Of a DNA stretch of 64,000 nt, positions 1 to 11,627 are shown piece by piece. Below the pieces are notes generated by a model. It ran no database searches. It was not told the origin of the DNA and was given only the letters and a program-made list of their open reading frames with translations. Source of the DNA: Octopus sinensis (taxonomy: Eukaryota); contig NC_042999.1 in NCBI RefSeq assembly GCF_006345805.1, forward strand, positions 4,092,001 through 4,156,000, in the 5' to 3' direction. Within the stretch, counting starts at the first letter, position 1; each line of letters starts with the position of its first letter. A program made the translations under genes and the position numbers.

Positions 1-84
1 CTACTGATGAAAATACCTCCTGAGTGAAGTCACAGAGTAAACCAATTAAAGTGCCCTGTGCAAAGAGTCGTTAAGCTGTTCTAG

Positions 85-249
85 CCATACTTCCAAATGA
101 CTGGCTTAGCAACTTCATTGCATGGAGTTCTTCCTTTGGTGCTGACACCACCCACAAGACAGACGCTGTGCACAATGTTACGGAATGGGTCTCCATCTGA
201 CTCTCTCATAGTGTATTCAAGGATTCCAGAAATTATTTGTAATCAGAAT
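85..249 (+). other. Candidate coding exon (unverified)
   Basis: GC-richer than its surroundings. ttctag acceptor ends at 84 and aat|gtaagc donor starts at 250. 165 nt, phase 0/0, stop-free (PYFQMTGLATSLHGVLPLVLTPPTRQTLCTMLRNGSPSDSLIVYSRIPEIICNQN). Weak polypyrimidine tract and no recognisable homology. Confidence 0.2.
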
Positions 250-819
250 GTAAGCAATGAAAGCAAAAAGAATAAAAGATTTATATAATTTATCTTAATG
301 GTGTTAATTTTCTTTGTTAATTTGTGAAATAGTTTTTCCTATTTTTGTAATGGTGATGTGCATTCGATAAATTCAGAAAAAAGCATATAGGATCATTTTT
401 AATTTTCCTTTTTAGTGAAAAAATATGTTAAAACAACAGAACACTTAGATGATTTTCTAAAAATTGAAATCCATACCAATATTTTATGAACATCTCCACT
501 ATACCTTAATTTTAATAAGGCATTGACTGAAACAAAACAAAAATTCATTTTAGAGTGAAATATAATAGATAAAACAATAAAATAAGCATGCAGTTCTTTG
601 TTTTAATTGTCTAAATTTGTAATTGTTGTGATTAAAAAAACAAAAGCAAAGCAAAAGCAATTATTAAAAACAGGTTACTGTGAAGAAATGTTGCTACTCC
701 TTCAACTCCGGTGTCTTCTGAAAATTTTGTTTAATATTTTCTGAAGATAGCGAAAATATTAAAGCAAATTTAATATTTTGTTTAATATTAAATTTGGTTT
801 TAATATTGCTTAATTGAAT

Positions 820-1420
820 TTTCAGAACTGTTTGTTAATATTTTGTTAACGAAGTAATCAAAGAACACCTGGAGCTTCTTTGTCATCAATTTTAGCAAAG
901 CCAAATGACAAATAATTACAATCATATTCATATTTAATTTTTTTATAGATATCTGCAAAGAACTGAAAGATGCAGATTTTACGTGTGAATTAATCGAACA
1001 AAAAGTTGATGCTTGCTTCAATCTCCGTGTCTTCTACTGAGACTATGGCTTGCTTCACTAGTTTCTGCATTTTTAGTAACTCCAGTTTTCTTTAACAAAC
1101 TGTTTTGAATTCTTTTTAATTGAAATAAAATTTATTGAGATGTATCATTAAAAATTTCACCAGATTTATAAAGACACACAAACAGCAATACAACAAAAAC
1201 ATTAAAAACAAAATGATAGCAGTGCAGTTTTTTTAGTGTTCTAATGAGGTCATGCATGCATTCAACTGATGGTGGTACTTCACATAAGTTAACTTATTAC
1301 TTTGAAAAAGCTGATTGAATAGCATTCATTTATAATTGTACTTTATTAAATTTTCTTAAAAAATTCCTTCCCTCATTGAATCCCAGGAATTTATTGCAGA
1401 ACCCACTTTTGAAAATACTG
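820..1420 (-). mobile_element. Degraded hAT Buster/Charlie-type DNA transposon, 5' part with BED zinc-finger relic
   Basis: Minus-strand 945-825 translates as KIKYEYDCNYLSFGFAKIDDKEAPGVL*LL / frameshift / NKILTNSS, resembling the Buster/ZBED5-type N-terminus (RKYDxxYLxFGF...xAP...CxxCxKILSNSS). The terminus at 1420 reads CAGTATTTTCAAAAGTGGGTTCTGC, like Charlie/Buster ends. Confidence 0.55.
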
Positions 1421-3084
1421 TTTTGGAAGATTTATGAAGAAGTTGTTTATGCTGTTTGAATTAAATGTTATTCAATAATGAATAGTCAAGTCTGCTGATT
1501 CATTTTAATTGGAAAATAATTACTAAATCAAAGAAGATCACTGGAAAACCAATGATCTTTTGGACTGGCCACCATAAAAGATTAATGCTGAAATTTCTTA
1601 TGGACTGTTGCACTCATCTGGAGTTAAATTGCTACAAATTTAGAGCTTGGTTCTATTGCTTTATTCCACCCCAGCTCATTTAACCTTTGTGCTTTTTGAG
1701 GTTGATAAATTATGCTAGACCAGCTGAAATTGTATTTGGGTTAGAACTTTCAAACTTAATACATTAATGTGATAGCTGAGTAACTCATGAGTTCAGCCTG
1801 AAATTCTGTCTAGGCTGGAGGTTAGGAATCATAACATTTGAAAAGGATTAGACATAAAGTAGAGCATGATAACATTTGAACCACAAACTTCTTGTCCTAA
1901 AGTTGTTATTGACAATTCTTAATACAAAGAATTTTAATTATATGCCCACAGAACCACATCAAAGAGTTAAGAGACTTTTAAGAATGTAAATTCTCATTTT
2001 GTGAAACTTTTCCATTATATAAAAATTTGCTTTCTTTTTAATAACTATTTGGCATGGTTCTGACTTGATATTAAATTGAAATCTAGTTTTTTTTTTCTTT
2101 AAATTAAATTCTGATTTCTTGAATGTGTTCTGCCTTATTGAATGTATTTTGTCATCTACATTTTTAATAACAAATGTATTATTATTTCACAGGTTAAATT
2201 TGAATGTGTTTGTTTTTAAATATGTCATTCTATTTTATTCTGCTTCATTTTATAAGTTCTAAAAAGACTTTTAAAAAGCAAAATCAGAATATGTTTTCGT
2301 TTTGTTTGTATGGTATTGTTGACTCTATATTCCACAATGGAATGGAGGAATTTTTCACTGAAAACAATAGCATTTCTGTCATTTTATACTTACATATTTT
2401 TTGAGTATGTTCATTTTTAAATGTACATTTACTATAATTGTTATCACTGTTTGTAAAGTGCAATAGAAAATATTATTTTCTATTGGAAAAACATTTAGAA
2501 AATACTTTCTAAAAGCCAAGTCTAAATATTGATTTTTGTCAAAGTAATTAATATTCTGGTGTAAGTGATGGGGCATATTCTATATTAGCCAGGGATCAGT
2601 TATATTTTTAAACAAGCAGCTCAAACAATTTTCAGTGGATTGTACTTTCACTTTTCACTACATTGAATGTAAACACTTTTGTTCAAGTCTTGTTTTACTT
2701 TCACATTATAACATTTCATATCTTTACAATGTTTTTATGTAAAGAATATTTACAATTGTATATTCTTATATATTTTATATTCTTATGTATAACTATATAT
2801 ATCTTATAATCTTATTTTTGAAAATTTTGAATCTCTTCGATCTTCTTGATATTAATTCTATTTGACATTAATTCCTGACTGATCCATAGCCCTTGATCCA
2901 AATTAAGCCACCCTATATAACTAGATAACCAAGAGCAGAAAGAATTCATCTTTTGTTCCAAGGAATTAAAACCAATGACAGGAATGTGAAACAAACACGA
3001 TACTTCAGTCAAAACGCTGAAAGTTAATGATTGTGTCTAATTTGATATTTTTTTTATTGTTACCTCGCTATACCTACTTGAAAG

Positions 3085-3280
3085 AAAGCATCAGAGAAAA
3101 TGCTTTGTCATATTTGTTTTTATTCTTTACACTCTGGGTTCGAATGCTGCCATGGTTAACTTCACCTTTCATCTTTTGGGGTTGATGAAATAAAGTACCA
3201 GTCAAGTACTGGAGTTGATGGTATCAAGTAACCTTCATCATTCAAAATTTCTGGCCTTATGCTTAAATTGGGATTAATTA
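3085..3280 (+). mobile_element. SINE family B (MetaSINE-like core), diverged
   Basis: ggttcgaat B-box followed by the core ctttcatcttttggggttgatgaaataaagtaccag, shared with the copies at 3340, 11959 and 23172. Confidence 0.65.
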
Positions 3281-3339
3281 CTTTCTTATCAGTTTTAAAA
3301 TCTAAAATTCAAATGTAATATATTTAGTAGCCATAATGT

Positions 3340-3552
3340 GGAAAGCTGGCAGAACTGTTAGCACACTGAGCAAAATGCTTAGTGGCTTTTTATCTGTCTT
3401 TATGTTCTAAGTTCAAATTCCACTAAAGTCAACTTTGCATTTCATCCTTTCGGGGTTGATTAAACAAGTACCAATCGAGCACTGGGGTCAATGTAATTTA
3501 CTTACTCCACCCCTAAACATTTCTGGCTCTGTTCCAAACTTTGAAACCGATA
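3340..3552 (+). mobile_element. SINE family B (MetaSINE-like core)
   Basis: gctggcagaa..gttagcac head, gttcaaattcc B-box, core tttcatcctttcggggttgattaaacaagtacc. Confidence 0.7.
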
Positions 3553-3990
3553 TATTTAGTAGCCATAAAGCACAACTACACAAGCCCATTTTGTTCTTTA
3601 TCTTTAATATATTAGCCTAATATTATCCTTCATTATTTCTTCTGTATAAAAAATAAGTAAATGAAATATGTGAGCAGATCAACAATATAGTACAGACAAT
3701 ATCCTGACTTTTATTTCATCTCTTCAAATTCACTGAAGCCACAGCTACAGTTTCTAATTCTAACCTTGGCAAATGAAAACAGGTATGCATGTTACTACTG
3801 TTGAAGTGAGTTAAAACTTTTCAGTGACCTATGACCTGAGAATCCAACATATAGTTAGGTGTCTTGAACTAAACAAAACTTTTATGTCAACTGGCATGCT
3901 TCGATGGCATTCAAAATAAATCTTCCTTACATACCAATACACAAATCTGTAAGTTCTTATTATGATATGAAAAATACTTTAAAAACGTTA

Positions 3991-4215
3991 TCATTTATCT
4001 TTTGCTTATTTCAGTCATTAGACTGCAGCCATGCTGGGGCACCAGCTTAAAGAATTTTAATCAAATAAATCAACCCTAGTGCTTATTTCTTGATTCTGAC
4101 ACTTATTCTATTAGTCTCTTTTACTGAACTGCTAATGTACAGGGATGTAAACACACCGGCATCAGTTATGAAGTGTTGGTAGAGGACAAACACAGACACA
4201 AGACACACACATGCT

Positions 4216-4251
<36 letters not shown>

Positions 4252-4388
4252 CAATGGGCTTCTTTCAATTTCCATTTCCCAAACCCACTCACAAAATTTT
4301 GATTGGCCTAAGGTTATTGTAGAAGACACTTGCCCATAGTGTCACACAGTGGGACCGAACCTGAAACCATATGGTTAGGAAACAACAC
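3991..4388 (-). mobile_element. SINE family A (tRNA-derived, internal CA/TA microsatellite)
   Basis: Reverse-complement match to the copies at 7669 and 48354 (gaagacacttgccc, ccactcacaa, tttcagtcatt tail). Confidence 0.8.
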
Positions 4389-4939
4389 GCTGTCAATATT
4401 TTTTTTTTAAGATTCATTTTTTTTAGTTATCAAAATTGAATTAACATTGAAAAATACAGTTGCTTAAGAAAATAATAATAATATTACTTTTGTAATGATT
4501 TCAATTGAACTAAGTTAATTAACAGCCAATTGCAGGCAAATTGATTTATAATCATTGAATAGTAATTATACATATGACAAATGCATTTTAAAAATATTTA
4601 GTTCATTAAGTATTGTTCACTCAAAATATGAAAATTCTTAAAGAAATCAGAGATGCTGGTGAGGCAGAGGAAATTCATATTCCTGTGATTAACAACAATG
4701 TATATGCATACTTAGAACAACAGACTGCAAACAAAGCAGATAGCATTTCTTTGTCAAAATTACAGCTATTTCCCCTGAAAACATTAGAGACATTGATAGA
4801 ATATTATAATTTACAGAAATCTAATCAAATAGAATTTTAATTGGCTAAATTAAAATTAAGGTAATGTCAATAAGTAAAATGGTAATGAAAGTTATTTACT
4901 TGAAATATATCAATAACTTCATATGTCTGTATTACAGAT

Positions 4940-5140
4940 ATCATCATCATCATCATCATCTTATATCTTCTTTTCATGCCAGCATGTGTGGGATGGTTTG
5001 ACATGGATTCAGTTGGCTGGAGGGTTACATCTTACTCCGATGTCTCATTTTTGATATGCTTCTGTAGTTGGATATCTTTCCTAACACCAACTACTTTACC
5101 AAGTGTATTATATTCATTTTTCATGGCACCAACACTATTG
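4940..5140 (-). mobile_element. RTE-type LINE/SINE 3' tail, diverged
   Basis: (CAT)n followed by ttcatgccagcatg..ggatggtttgac, matching the tail family at 16143 and 56927. Confidence 0.6.
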
Positions 5141-6585
5141 AGGGTGCTTTGACATCAACAAGACTAAAAAGCTCTTTCAAGCTCTGCTTTGTTGCAGTTT
5201 GGCTTGATTACCAAACACTGTGAGTGTACTGGATGTTTTTTGTAACACCAGCTCTGTTGGGATTACTTTGGAGCTTGCAAAGCAAAGGGGAACACCTCAT
5301 GATAGGAAGGAGCAGCTATGTTGTGAGAAAATGGTAATGGAGTGAATAAGAGAGAGAAAAATGTTGGGGTGAGAGTGGAGGATGAAGAGGAAAGAGGAGA
5401 GTATGAAGGAAAGGGAAGGGAAGAATATGGATTTGCATATGTATATATGAATAAAAGTTATAGTAATTTAGTGTTAAGTATTCATTGAAGGGGATATAAA
5501 AATGCTACTTACAGTAATTATGCTAGGAAGAAAATAATATTTGTCAATGACTTCTAATATTTCAATGATATCAGTAAGTATGGTAGACAACTCTTGACAT
5601 TTTTCATGTTATTATGACTTCGTCACCATAATTGCCAAACTAGTAATGGCAGAATCACTAAATAAATGTAAGAGAAAGCACATTTTTGATGTAGAAAAAT
5701 TTAAATAGTTTAGAGAGAGGCATCTCCTAGTCATTCTCTAAACAGTTCTATGTGATAGACATATGTAACATTACCATTGAAAGGAAAATATGTGATAATG
5801 TATAATGGAAATCAAAGCACGCATTTCATGCTAGCTGGGCAATTCTCACCAGACATTTTCCATTCAAATTCTAATGTTTACTTAGAGGATTCCAAAACAC
5901 AAAAAAAGGAAAGGAAGAAGAAAAGTGACTTAAATCGATTTATTAAATTCTTCTCATGAAAAGTTGTAGAATACCCAGAGCTACAAAATGGTAACTTACA
6001 TAACAGTGCACCACACATGAAATAATATTTTGACAGGACAACCAGATAAAGTTTTTCTTTTGTGTTGAGAATATTCTTTCCTTTCTTCTGTTTGGATTAT
6101 TTTATGTAAATTTAAGATATTTTCTTTCTCTTTTCAAAATTTCTTATTTTTCTTTTTTTAAGTACTTTTGGCTTTGAATCCCAACATTATGTTTCTAGTT
6201 TTCTAACAACACCAAATTAAAATAGATACTGGTGATTATAATGTGTTATTTTCTTTTAATTAACTTAGAAATAATGCTATCAATATTAACTATGCTAAAA
6301 TTTAATATATATCAAGCAATTTATCTCCCCTCTTTATTCAAGTTTTTACATGAGTGTGAATGTAACTAATCAACACTGTCTTCTATGCATGACTACATAA
6401 AACTTTCATGACTCTCAACGCACAGAGACAGTAATTTTATTTGCCATTTGCTGTGAATGGAATATCAGGCATATTTTTCTTTTCTGTGACTGATTTGTTT
6501 CTTTTGTTTTCGCTACATCATTTTGATTTATCTTCTCTGTTTCTCAACAAAGACATTTTCGATTCATTTTATATATGTGTGTGTG

Positions 6586-6960
6586 TCAGGCTTCTTGCAT
6601 TTTCCAGCTGCCAAATCCACTGATAAAACTTTGGTAGATCTGAGGTTATAGTAGAAGACACCTACCTACTGTATAGAAACTTGGGCAAGTGTATCCTACT
6701 ACAGACCTGGTTAGTGGATTTCGTAGAGAGAGACTGAAAGAAGCCCAGCATGTGTGTTCTTGTCTTGACATCATAGGATTAATGTAAAACAAGCATCACC
6801 ATCATACATTCGATATTGTCTGTTTCCAGTTTTCCAAAAAATTCATATCAAGCAATGGGGAAATATTACCTTTCTTGGAAACAAGTAAGGGTCTGTGAAA
6901 GGAAAGGTATCCAGTTGTAAAAATATCTGCCCCAGTGAATTCTGTAAAAGTGGGCTTTGA
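6586..6960. mobile_element. Two opposed SINE family A fragments (minus 6586-6665, plus 6679-6960)
   Basis: ccaaatccact...gtagaagacac (minus) is immediately followed by cttgggcaagtgt...gtggattt...actgaaagaagccc (plus). Confidence 0.6.
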
Positions 6961-7089
6961 ATGATGAGGACAATAATGATAAAACATAAACATAAATGTG
7001 TTGCTGTTGTCAGCTAACATAACACCGCTAAAAAACAATTAAAATAAGCAAAATTTAATTAATTATGGTAAAATCAGGAGAAATTCTTG

Positions 7090-8360
7090 ACCATGTCATA
7101 ACTGATTCAATACATTTAAACATATCCACTTCTTTTCCTTTCTGGTGGAAACAGCGACGTCATAAAAAAAATCAAGATTGTTTGTCATAGATGTATCAAT
7201 TTCACACATTTTCATAAGTCAGCTTTCCTGAGATACATTGATAGAACTTTAGTTTGTGTTCAAATCCAGTTACACCTTCTTCATAGATAAAATTTTGCCT
7301 GGAGCATAATTGTTTAGATCCATCACATTTTATATAAAGGTCCTAATTTGTATCATCCTCTTTTGACTGTATGTGAATGTCCCTCAGTTGAAAATAATGC
7401 CTTTGTGACATTAAACAATCCCTACTCATTAGACTGACAATACAGAAATCACCAATACATTCATATGTGCTCCTATATTTAGTTATTATTATTTTTGACA
7501 GTTGCTTCCATAACATTTCTGAAGTACTCATTTCATCTAATCAGGTGGGCAGCCATTTATTATCATTCTTGGTTCATTTGAAATAATTTCATATATTCAA
7601 TTGTTTCTGTTTCTATCTTTCCCTAAAATTTGTTAGAAGAATAAATTTTTAAAAGATAATCTACTATAGGCGCAGGAGTGGCTGTGTGGTAACTAGCTTG
7701 CTTACCAACCACATGGTTCCGGGTTCAGTCCCACTGCGTGGCACCTTGGGCAAGTGTCTTCTACTGTAGCCTCGGGCCGACCAAAGCCTTGTGAGTGGAT
7801 TTGGTAGACGGAAACTGAAAGAAGCCCATCGTATATATGTATAAATATATGTGTGTGCGTGTGAGTTTGTGTGTCTGTGTTTGTCCCCCTAGCATTGCTT
7901 GACAACTGATGCTGGTGTGTTTATGTCCCCGTGTTTATGGCTGCAGTCAAATGACTGAAACAAGTAAAAGAGTATTGATCTTGTATCTCCTGTTAGACTG
8001 TTACTGAGATGAGTAATCAGAAGAAAACTCAGGGAAAATAATTGGAGTAAGATTGGGGTTATTCACCAACATTGAGCTAGTGTTATAGATTCTTTAATAT
8101 ATCTTAGTGTTGTGACCTCACTCTCTTCTTCAGTTTCATCATAATCTGGTAAATCAATATTAGTTTCTTTTATTGCAACTGTTCAAAGTATTTTTTATAT
8201 TGCCTTTCAGTAAAAAAAACTTCAAAGTTATATTCAATATGGCATCAATCATTGGAAATTCCTGGTGATATTCAGATGCTGCAGTGGTTACGTTGTAAAG
8301 CTTACATATTCCCCAAACTGTAAAGCTTAAGAAAATATTGGGAGACAGATATTTGCTGCT
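7090..8360 (-). pseudogene. Highly decayed Ty1/Copia-like pol relic, interrupted by a SINE
   Basis: Minus-strand fragments in the expected order, with stops and frameshifts: SKYLSPNI..LQFGEYV (after integrase), then KEDDTN*D..KCDGSKQ and MCEIDTS...KEKKWICLNVLNQL, recalling Copia RT motifs KEKRDGxIKxRxCADGSKQR and MCEIDP...GKKVLYLxVLKALYG. Confidence 0.35.
7669..7974 (+). mobile_element. SINE family A, young copy with internal deletion
   Basis: tRNA-like head GGCGCAGGAGTGGCTGTGTGGT (A box) and GGTTCAGTCCC (B box). Near-identical to 48354-48770 and 55628-56035. Confidence 0.9.
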
Positions 8361-8404
8361 CTCTATAGTAAGGTGAGCTGGTAAATGACCAGATTAGTTT
8401 AGGG

Positions 8405-8571
8405 AAAGCACCCAGTACACTCTGTAAAGTGGGTGGCATTAAAAAGAGCATCCAGTTGTAGATACAATGTCAAAACAATGAAGCCTGGTATGGCTGTCAG
8501 CCTTGCCAGCTGCTGTCAAACCATCCTACCCACATCAGCATGGAAAACAGATGTTTGATGATGATGATGAG
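8405..8571 (+). mobile_element. RTE-type 3' tail ending in (GAT)n
   Basis: aaagcacccagtacactc...gcatccagttgtag...gcatggaaaacagatgtt(gat)n. Confidence 0.7.
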
Positions 8572-8593
8572 AAGGGGGAGGATATATGTATAT

Positions 8594-8628
<35 letters not shown>

Positions 8629-8635
<7 letters not shown>

Positions 8636-8790
8636 GTTGTATACTGTCAATCTAACACGAATGTGACAGTAGGACACAGGAAAAATGTGTCAAAGCCATC
8701 AGGAGGTGTCGATGCTTCCTAGAGCTAAACAGCGTTGGTGTACCCCCTACTGTCACGTTCATGTCAGATTGACAGTATACAACCATTCTA
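8629..8790. mobile_element. MITE with ~45-bp terminal inverted repeats, probable TA target duplication
   Basis: TAGAATGGTTGTATACTGTCAATCTAACACGAATGTGACAGTAGG versus the reverse complement of the 3' end TAGAATGGTTGTATACTGTCAATCTGACATGAACGTGACAGTAGG (3 mismatches). TA on both sides; inserted at the end of a (TA)n run. Confidence 0.85.
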
Positions 8791-8840
8791 TAGCCCCACC
8801 ACCATACATGTCTCTACGAGAGATTTAGAAATTTAGTATT

Positions 8841-8880
<40 letters not shown>

Positions 8881-8952
8881 ATATGTAAATACTTGTCCAT
8901 CTTTTGTCTCCTTATAAATAAGGAAACAAAAGATGGACAAGTACTTACAGAT
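8881..8952. repeat. Near-perfect 72-bp palindrome/hairpin
   Basis: ATATGTAAATACTTGTCCATCTTTTGTCTCCTTAT-AA-ATAAGGAAACAAAAGATGGACAAGTACTTACAGAT, 3 mismatches. Confidence 0.85.
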
Positions 8953-8962
8953 GGCGTTAAAC

Positions 8963-9156
8963 CATTTAAAAAAGATGTTATGTTAATATAAACGTATTTG
9001 GCAAAGAAGAAATATAATCCTTTACACGTGTTTGTGTAATGCACATCATTGCTTCAACTAGCTACTCAGTTTTTGAAACAGTTGTAAAGTTCTATCAAAG
9101 ACCAAATATTTTCTTTGCTAAGTATGTTTTTGTTAATGTAGCATCTTTTATAAATT
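8963..9156. repeat. Degenerate ~50-bp inverted repeat
   Basis: atttaaaaaagatgttatgttaatataaacgtatttggcaaagaagaaatat versus the reverse complement of ~9106-9156. Also visible as similar peptides (FFAKYV..N..SF.N) in opposite-strand ORFs. Confidence 0.7.
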
Positions 9157-9420
9157 ATTTAATGTCTAACTTTTATCTATTTATTACATATTCAAGTTAC
9201 ACTTTTCTCATAACCAATCTTGTTTTGTCTGACTATTTTTACCCTGATTGAACAGTTGTGGATCTGCAGAAAGTTTGCAATAAATACAACTTCTATGACA
9301 AGTTAATGTTTACAGCACAGAGCATTAAAAAAATTAATTACATATAAAATACTCAGATAGAAAAGGAAAACAGTATCAGTCAGACACTTTTTCCCTTTCT
9401 AGCTTGCAGGGGAGACAACT

Positions 9421-9455
9421 CTGAACATATTTCGATCTTATGATCTCATCAACAT
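9421..9455 (-). ncRNA. Degenerate minimal type I hammerhead ribozyme motif
   Basis: Minus strand: ATG-TTGATGA-GATC-ATAA-GATC-GAAA-TAT-GTT-CAG. Core differs from CUGANGA only at C3, with a 4-bp stem II, GAAA and a GUU triplet. Confidence 0.5.
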
Positions 9456-10059
9456 ATTGTTGGCATATTTAGTTGGTGAAGTTGGTGCTAGATTGGCTGA
9501 CTGGGTTTTCAGCTGTGTGTATTATAATCAACATTCCTATTATTTGCAACAACTTTTATCATATAGGCTCAGGAACAGGGGTTGCATGGGGAGCAAGTAG
9601 AAACCCTAAAATGATTTTTGCAGGGAAGAGGGAAATGAAAATGATTTGTACATTCTCAAGAAAAACTTCACCACCAAAACAAACATAGAAATAGTTTTTG
9701 ACTCAGTTGAAACATTACTTTTCCATTAGTGGTTTTATCTGATTTCATTGATGTACAAATATTATTATTATGACTACTACTACTACTACTACTATTATTA
9801 TTATTATTATTATTATTATAATACCTGTATTTGTTTTGATATTAAGATTGAAAATATCAACTTTGTAAACAATTTTGGACCTGGGTTTGCACCCCTTAAG
9901 TAAATTTCACTCCCACACTTATGTGTACAGAATTCAAATAACATGATATCTTTTGATCTTATGTTTTGATTTGAAAGAAACTCTGGCTATCAGAATTTCT
10001 TTAAACTTTACAACATATACTGAAGCACAATATATTGTTGCAGTTAGCACTGGATAGCA

Positions 10060-10750
10060 GGAATACTTTATAACTTCAACTCTGAGATTGTATATTTGTT
10101 TGGTGCGCAGTTGATAGTGAATGTTAATGTTTGCATCTCCAGTCTGGAACCCCTGTTTTGTCCAGAATATCGACCAACTAGAACCTGTTCAGAAACATGT
10201 AGCTTGATGAATATCTTCTGGCAGTTACAATACCTTGAACATCCTTTTTCCTCTGGGGCTTTGATACACTAAACCTTTGATATCAATCATCTGACTTGGT
10301 AGAAACCCACACGATTGTCAGCAATAATAACTTTGACCACCTTTTACAATTCATTATCTCTACTGCTCGTAGGCATGTTTATAAATTCAAAAAACAGCAC
10401 AACATCCACTACTTTCAGAATCATTTTTTGCTTTTTCATGTTCAAAATTGTCGAAGCATGGAATAAACTAGCCACAATGACTGTTAGCTGTCGAGACAGA
10501 ATATCCTTCAAGAATTGCATACTTTCTGAAATTCCCCAATTCTACTCCTGATATCCTCTCCACCCTTTCCTCTTTATGGCGTTTTTTAATGTTCACTTTT
10601 CTCTCTGCCTGTGTTTTATTCTGTATACTTTTATGCACTTTTCGTTACCAATGTTGTTTACTAATGCTCTTTACCTGATATATAGCTGTTTTGAGTCCCC
10701 CCTTCACCGTTGTCCACTGAGCTATGGACCTGAGTTCACCTTGATACTGC
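10060..10750 (+). mobile_element. 5'-truncated CR1/L2-type LINE (RT C-terminus and 3' UTR), degraded
   Basis: Translates as SPVWNPCFVQNIDQLEPVQK... and ...RRHVYKFKKQH...FFMFKIVEAWNKL..TVSCRD..SFK, typical CR1/L2 ORF2 C-terminal motifs, with stops and frameshifts. Confidence 0.8.
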
Positions 10751-10760
10751 ATACAATAAG

Positions 10761-10862
10761 ATTATTATTATTATTATTATCATTATTATTATTAAGATCA
10801 TTGCCTGGAATTGAACTTGGAATCTTAGGTTTAGTAGCCCATGCTCTTAACCACTATGCCAT
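10761..10862 (-). mobile_element. tRNA-derived SINE head (family D) followed by (AAT)n
   Basis: Minus strand GGCATAGTGGTTAAGAGCATGGGCTACTAAACCTAAGATTCCAAGTTCAATTCCAGGCAATGATCTT(AAT)n. Same head as 34012-34090. Confidence 0.7.
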
Positions 10863-10869
10863 AATAATG

Positions 10870-10918
<49 letters not shown>

Positions 10919-10950
10919 TAATAATAATAATGATAATAATAATAATAAAT
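10861..10950. repeat. (ATA)n microsatellite
   Basis: Read directly. Confidence 0.95.
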
Positions 10951-10952
10951 AT

Positions 10953-11310
10953 ATCATAGATATATCATGCTCAACTGACAACAAGGTATGTGATAAGGGA
11001 AAAAGAAAAGTTGAGAGATATGACAGGTTAGCTTGGGAAGTTAAGCAGTTGTGGTCGATAAAAAAGGTAGCAGTAGTACCAATAATTGTCAGAGCCCTGG
11101 GAACAGAGAGCAAAAATCTCAAGAAGTATGTGGAACAAATGGGGGCTGCAATAAGGGTGGAGCACTTGCAGAAAACAGCACTGCTTGGAACAGCTCGAAT
11201 ACTCCGGAAGGTGCTCGAAAAATAAGCGGTGTTTCCTTAGTTCACGGGTAGTGAACAGCTGACACTGTATTATATCTCCAGCATTAGAAGCTGTGCAAAG
11301 GCAATAAATA
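10953..11310 (+). mobile_element. 5'-truncated R4/Dong-like non-LTR retrotransposon (restriction-like endonuclease C-terminus and 3' UTR)
   Basis: Stop-free frame 10953-11225: IIDISCSTDNKVCDKGKRKVERYDRLAWEVKQLWSIKKVAVVPIIVRALGTESKNLKKYVEQMGAAIRVEHLQKTALLGTARILRKVLEK*, with the RLE motifs IIDxxxP, KxxKY, PIIxGALG and QKxALLGTAxILR. Begins directly in a (TAA)n run. Confidence 0.9.
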
Positions 11311-11389
11311 ACAAAATTATTGTTGTTATAATTGCCTTTGCACAGCTTCTAATGCTGAAGATGTACTACAATGTCATGTAATGCAACAC

Positions 11390-11512
11390 AACCATTTAAA
11401 TTGATAGGCTGTTTCTAAGATTGTGGGCAGTACTTGTCAACACAATCTTTTGGTTTTCTCTGAGACATGGTTCACCTGGGATATTATCTAGATATTTCTG
11501 ACATCCCTTTCT
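11390..11512 (-). mobile_element. Second R4/Dong-like 3' fragment (different subfamily)
   Basis: Minus strand KGCQKYLDNIPGEPCLRENQKIVLTSTAHNLRNSLSI*. Abuts a (TTC)n/(TTA)n run. Confidence 0.75.
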
Positions 11513-11627
11513 TCTTCTTCTTCTTCTTCTTCTTCTTATTATTATTATTATTATTATTATTATATTATTATTATTATTATTATTATTATATTATTATTAT
11601 TATTTTTATTATTATTATTATTAAATC

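Noticed and set aside
9561-9923. MITE with CATAGGC-like termini
   Set aside because: Termini too degenerate and no TSD could be confirmed.
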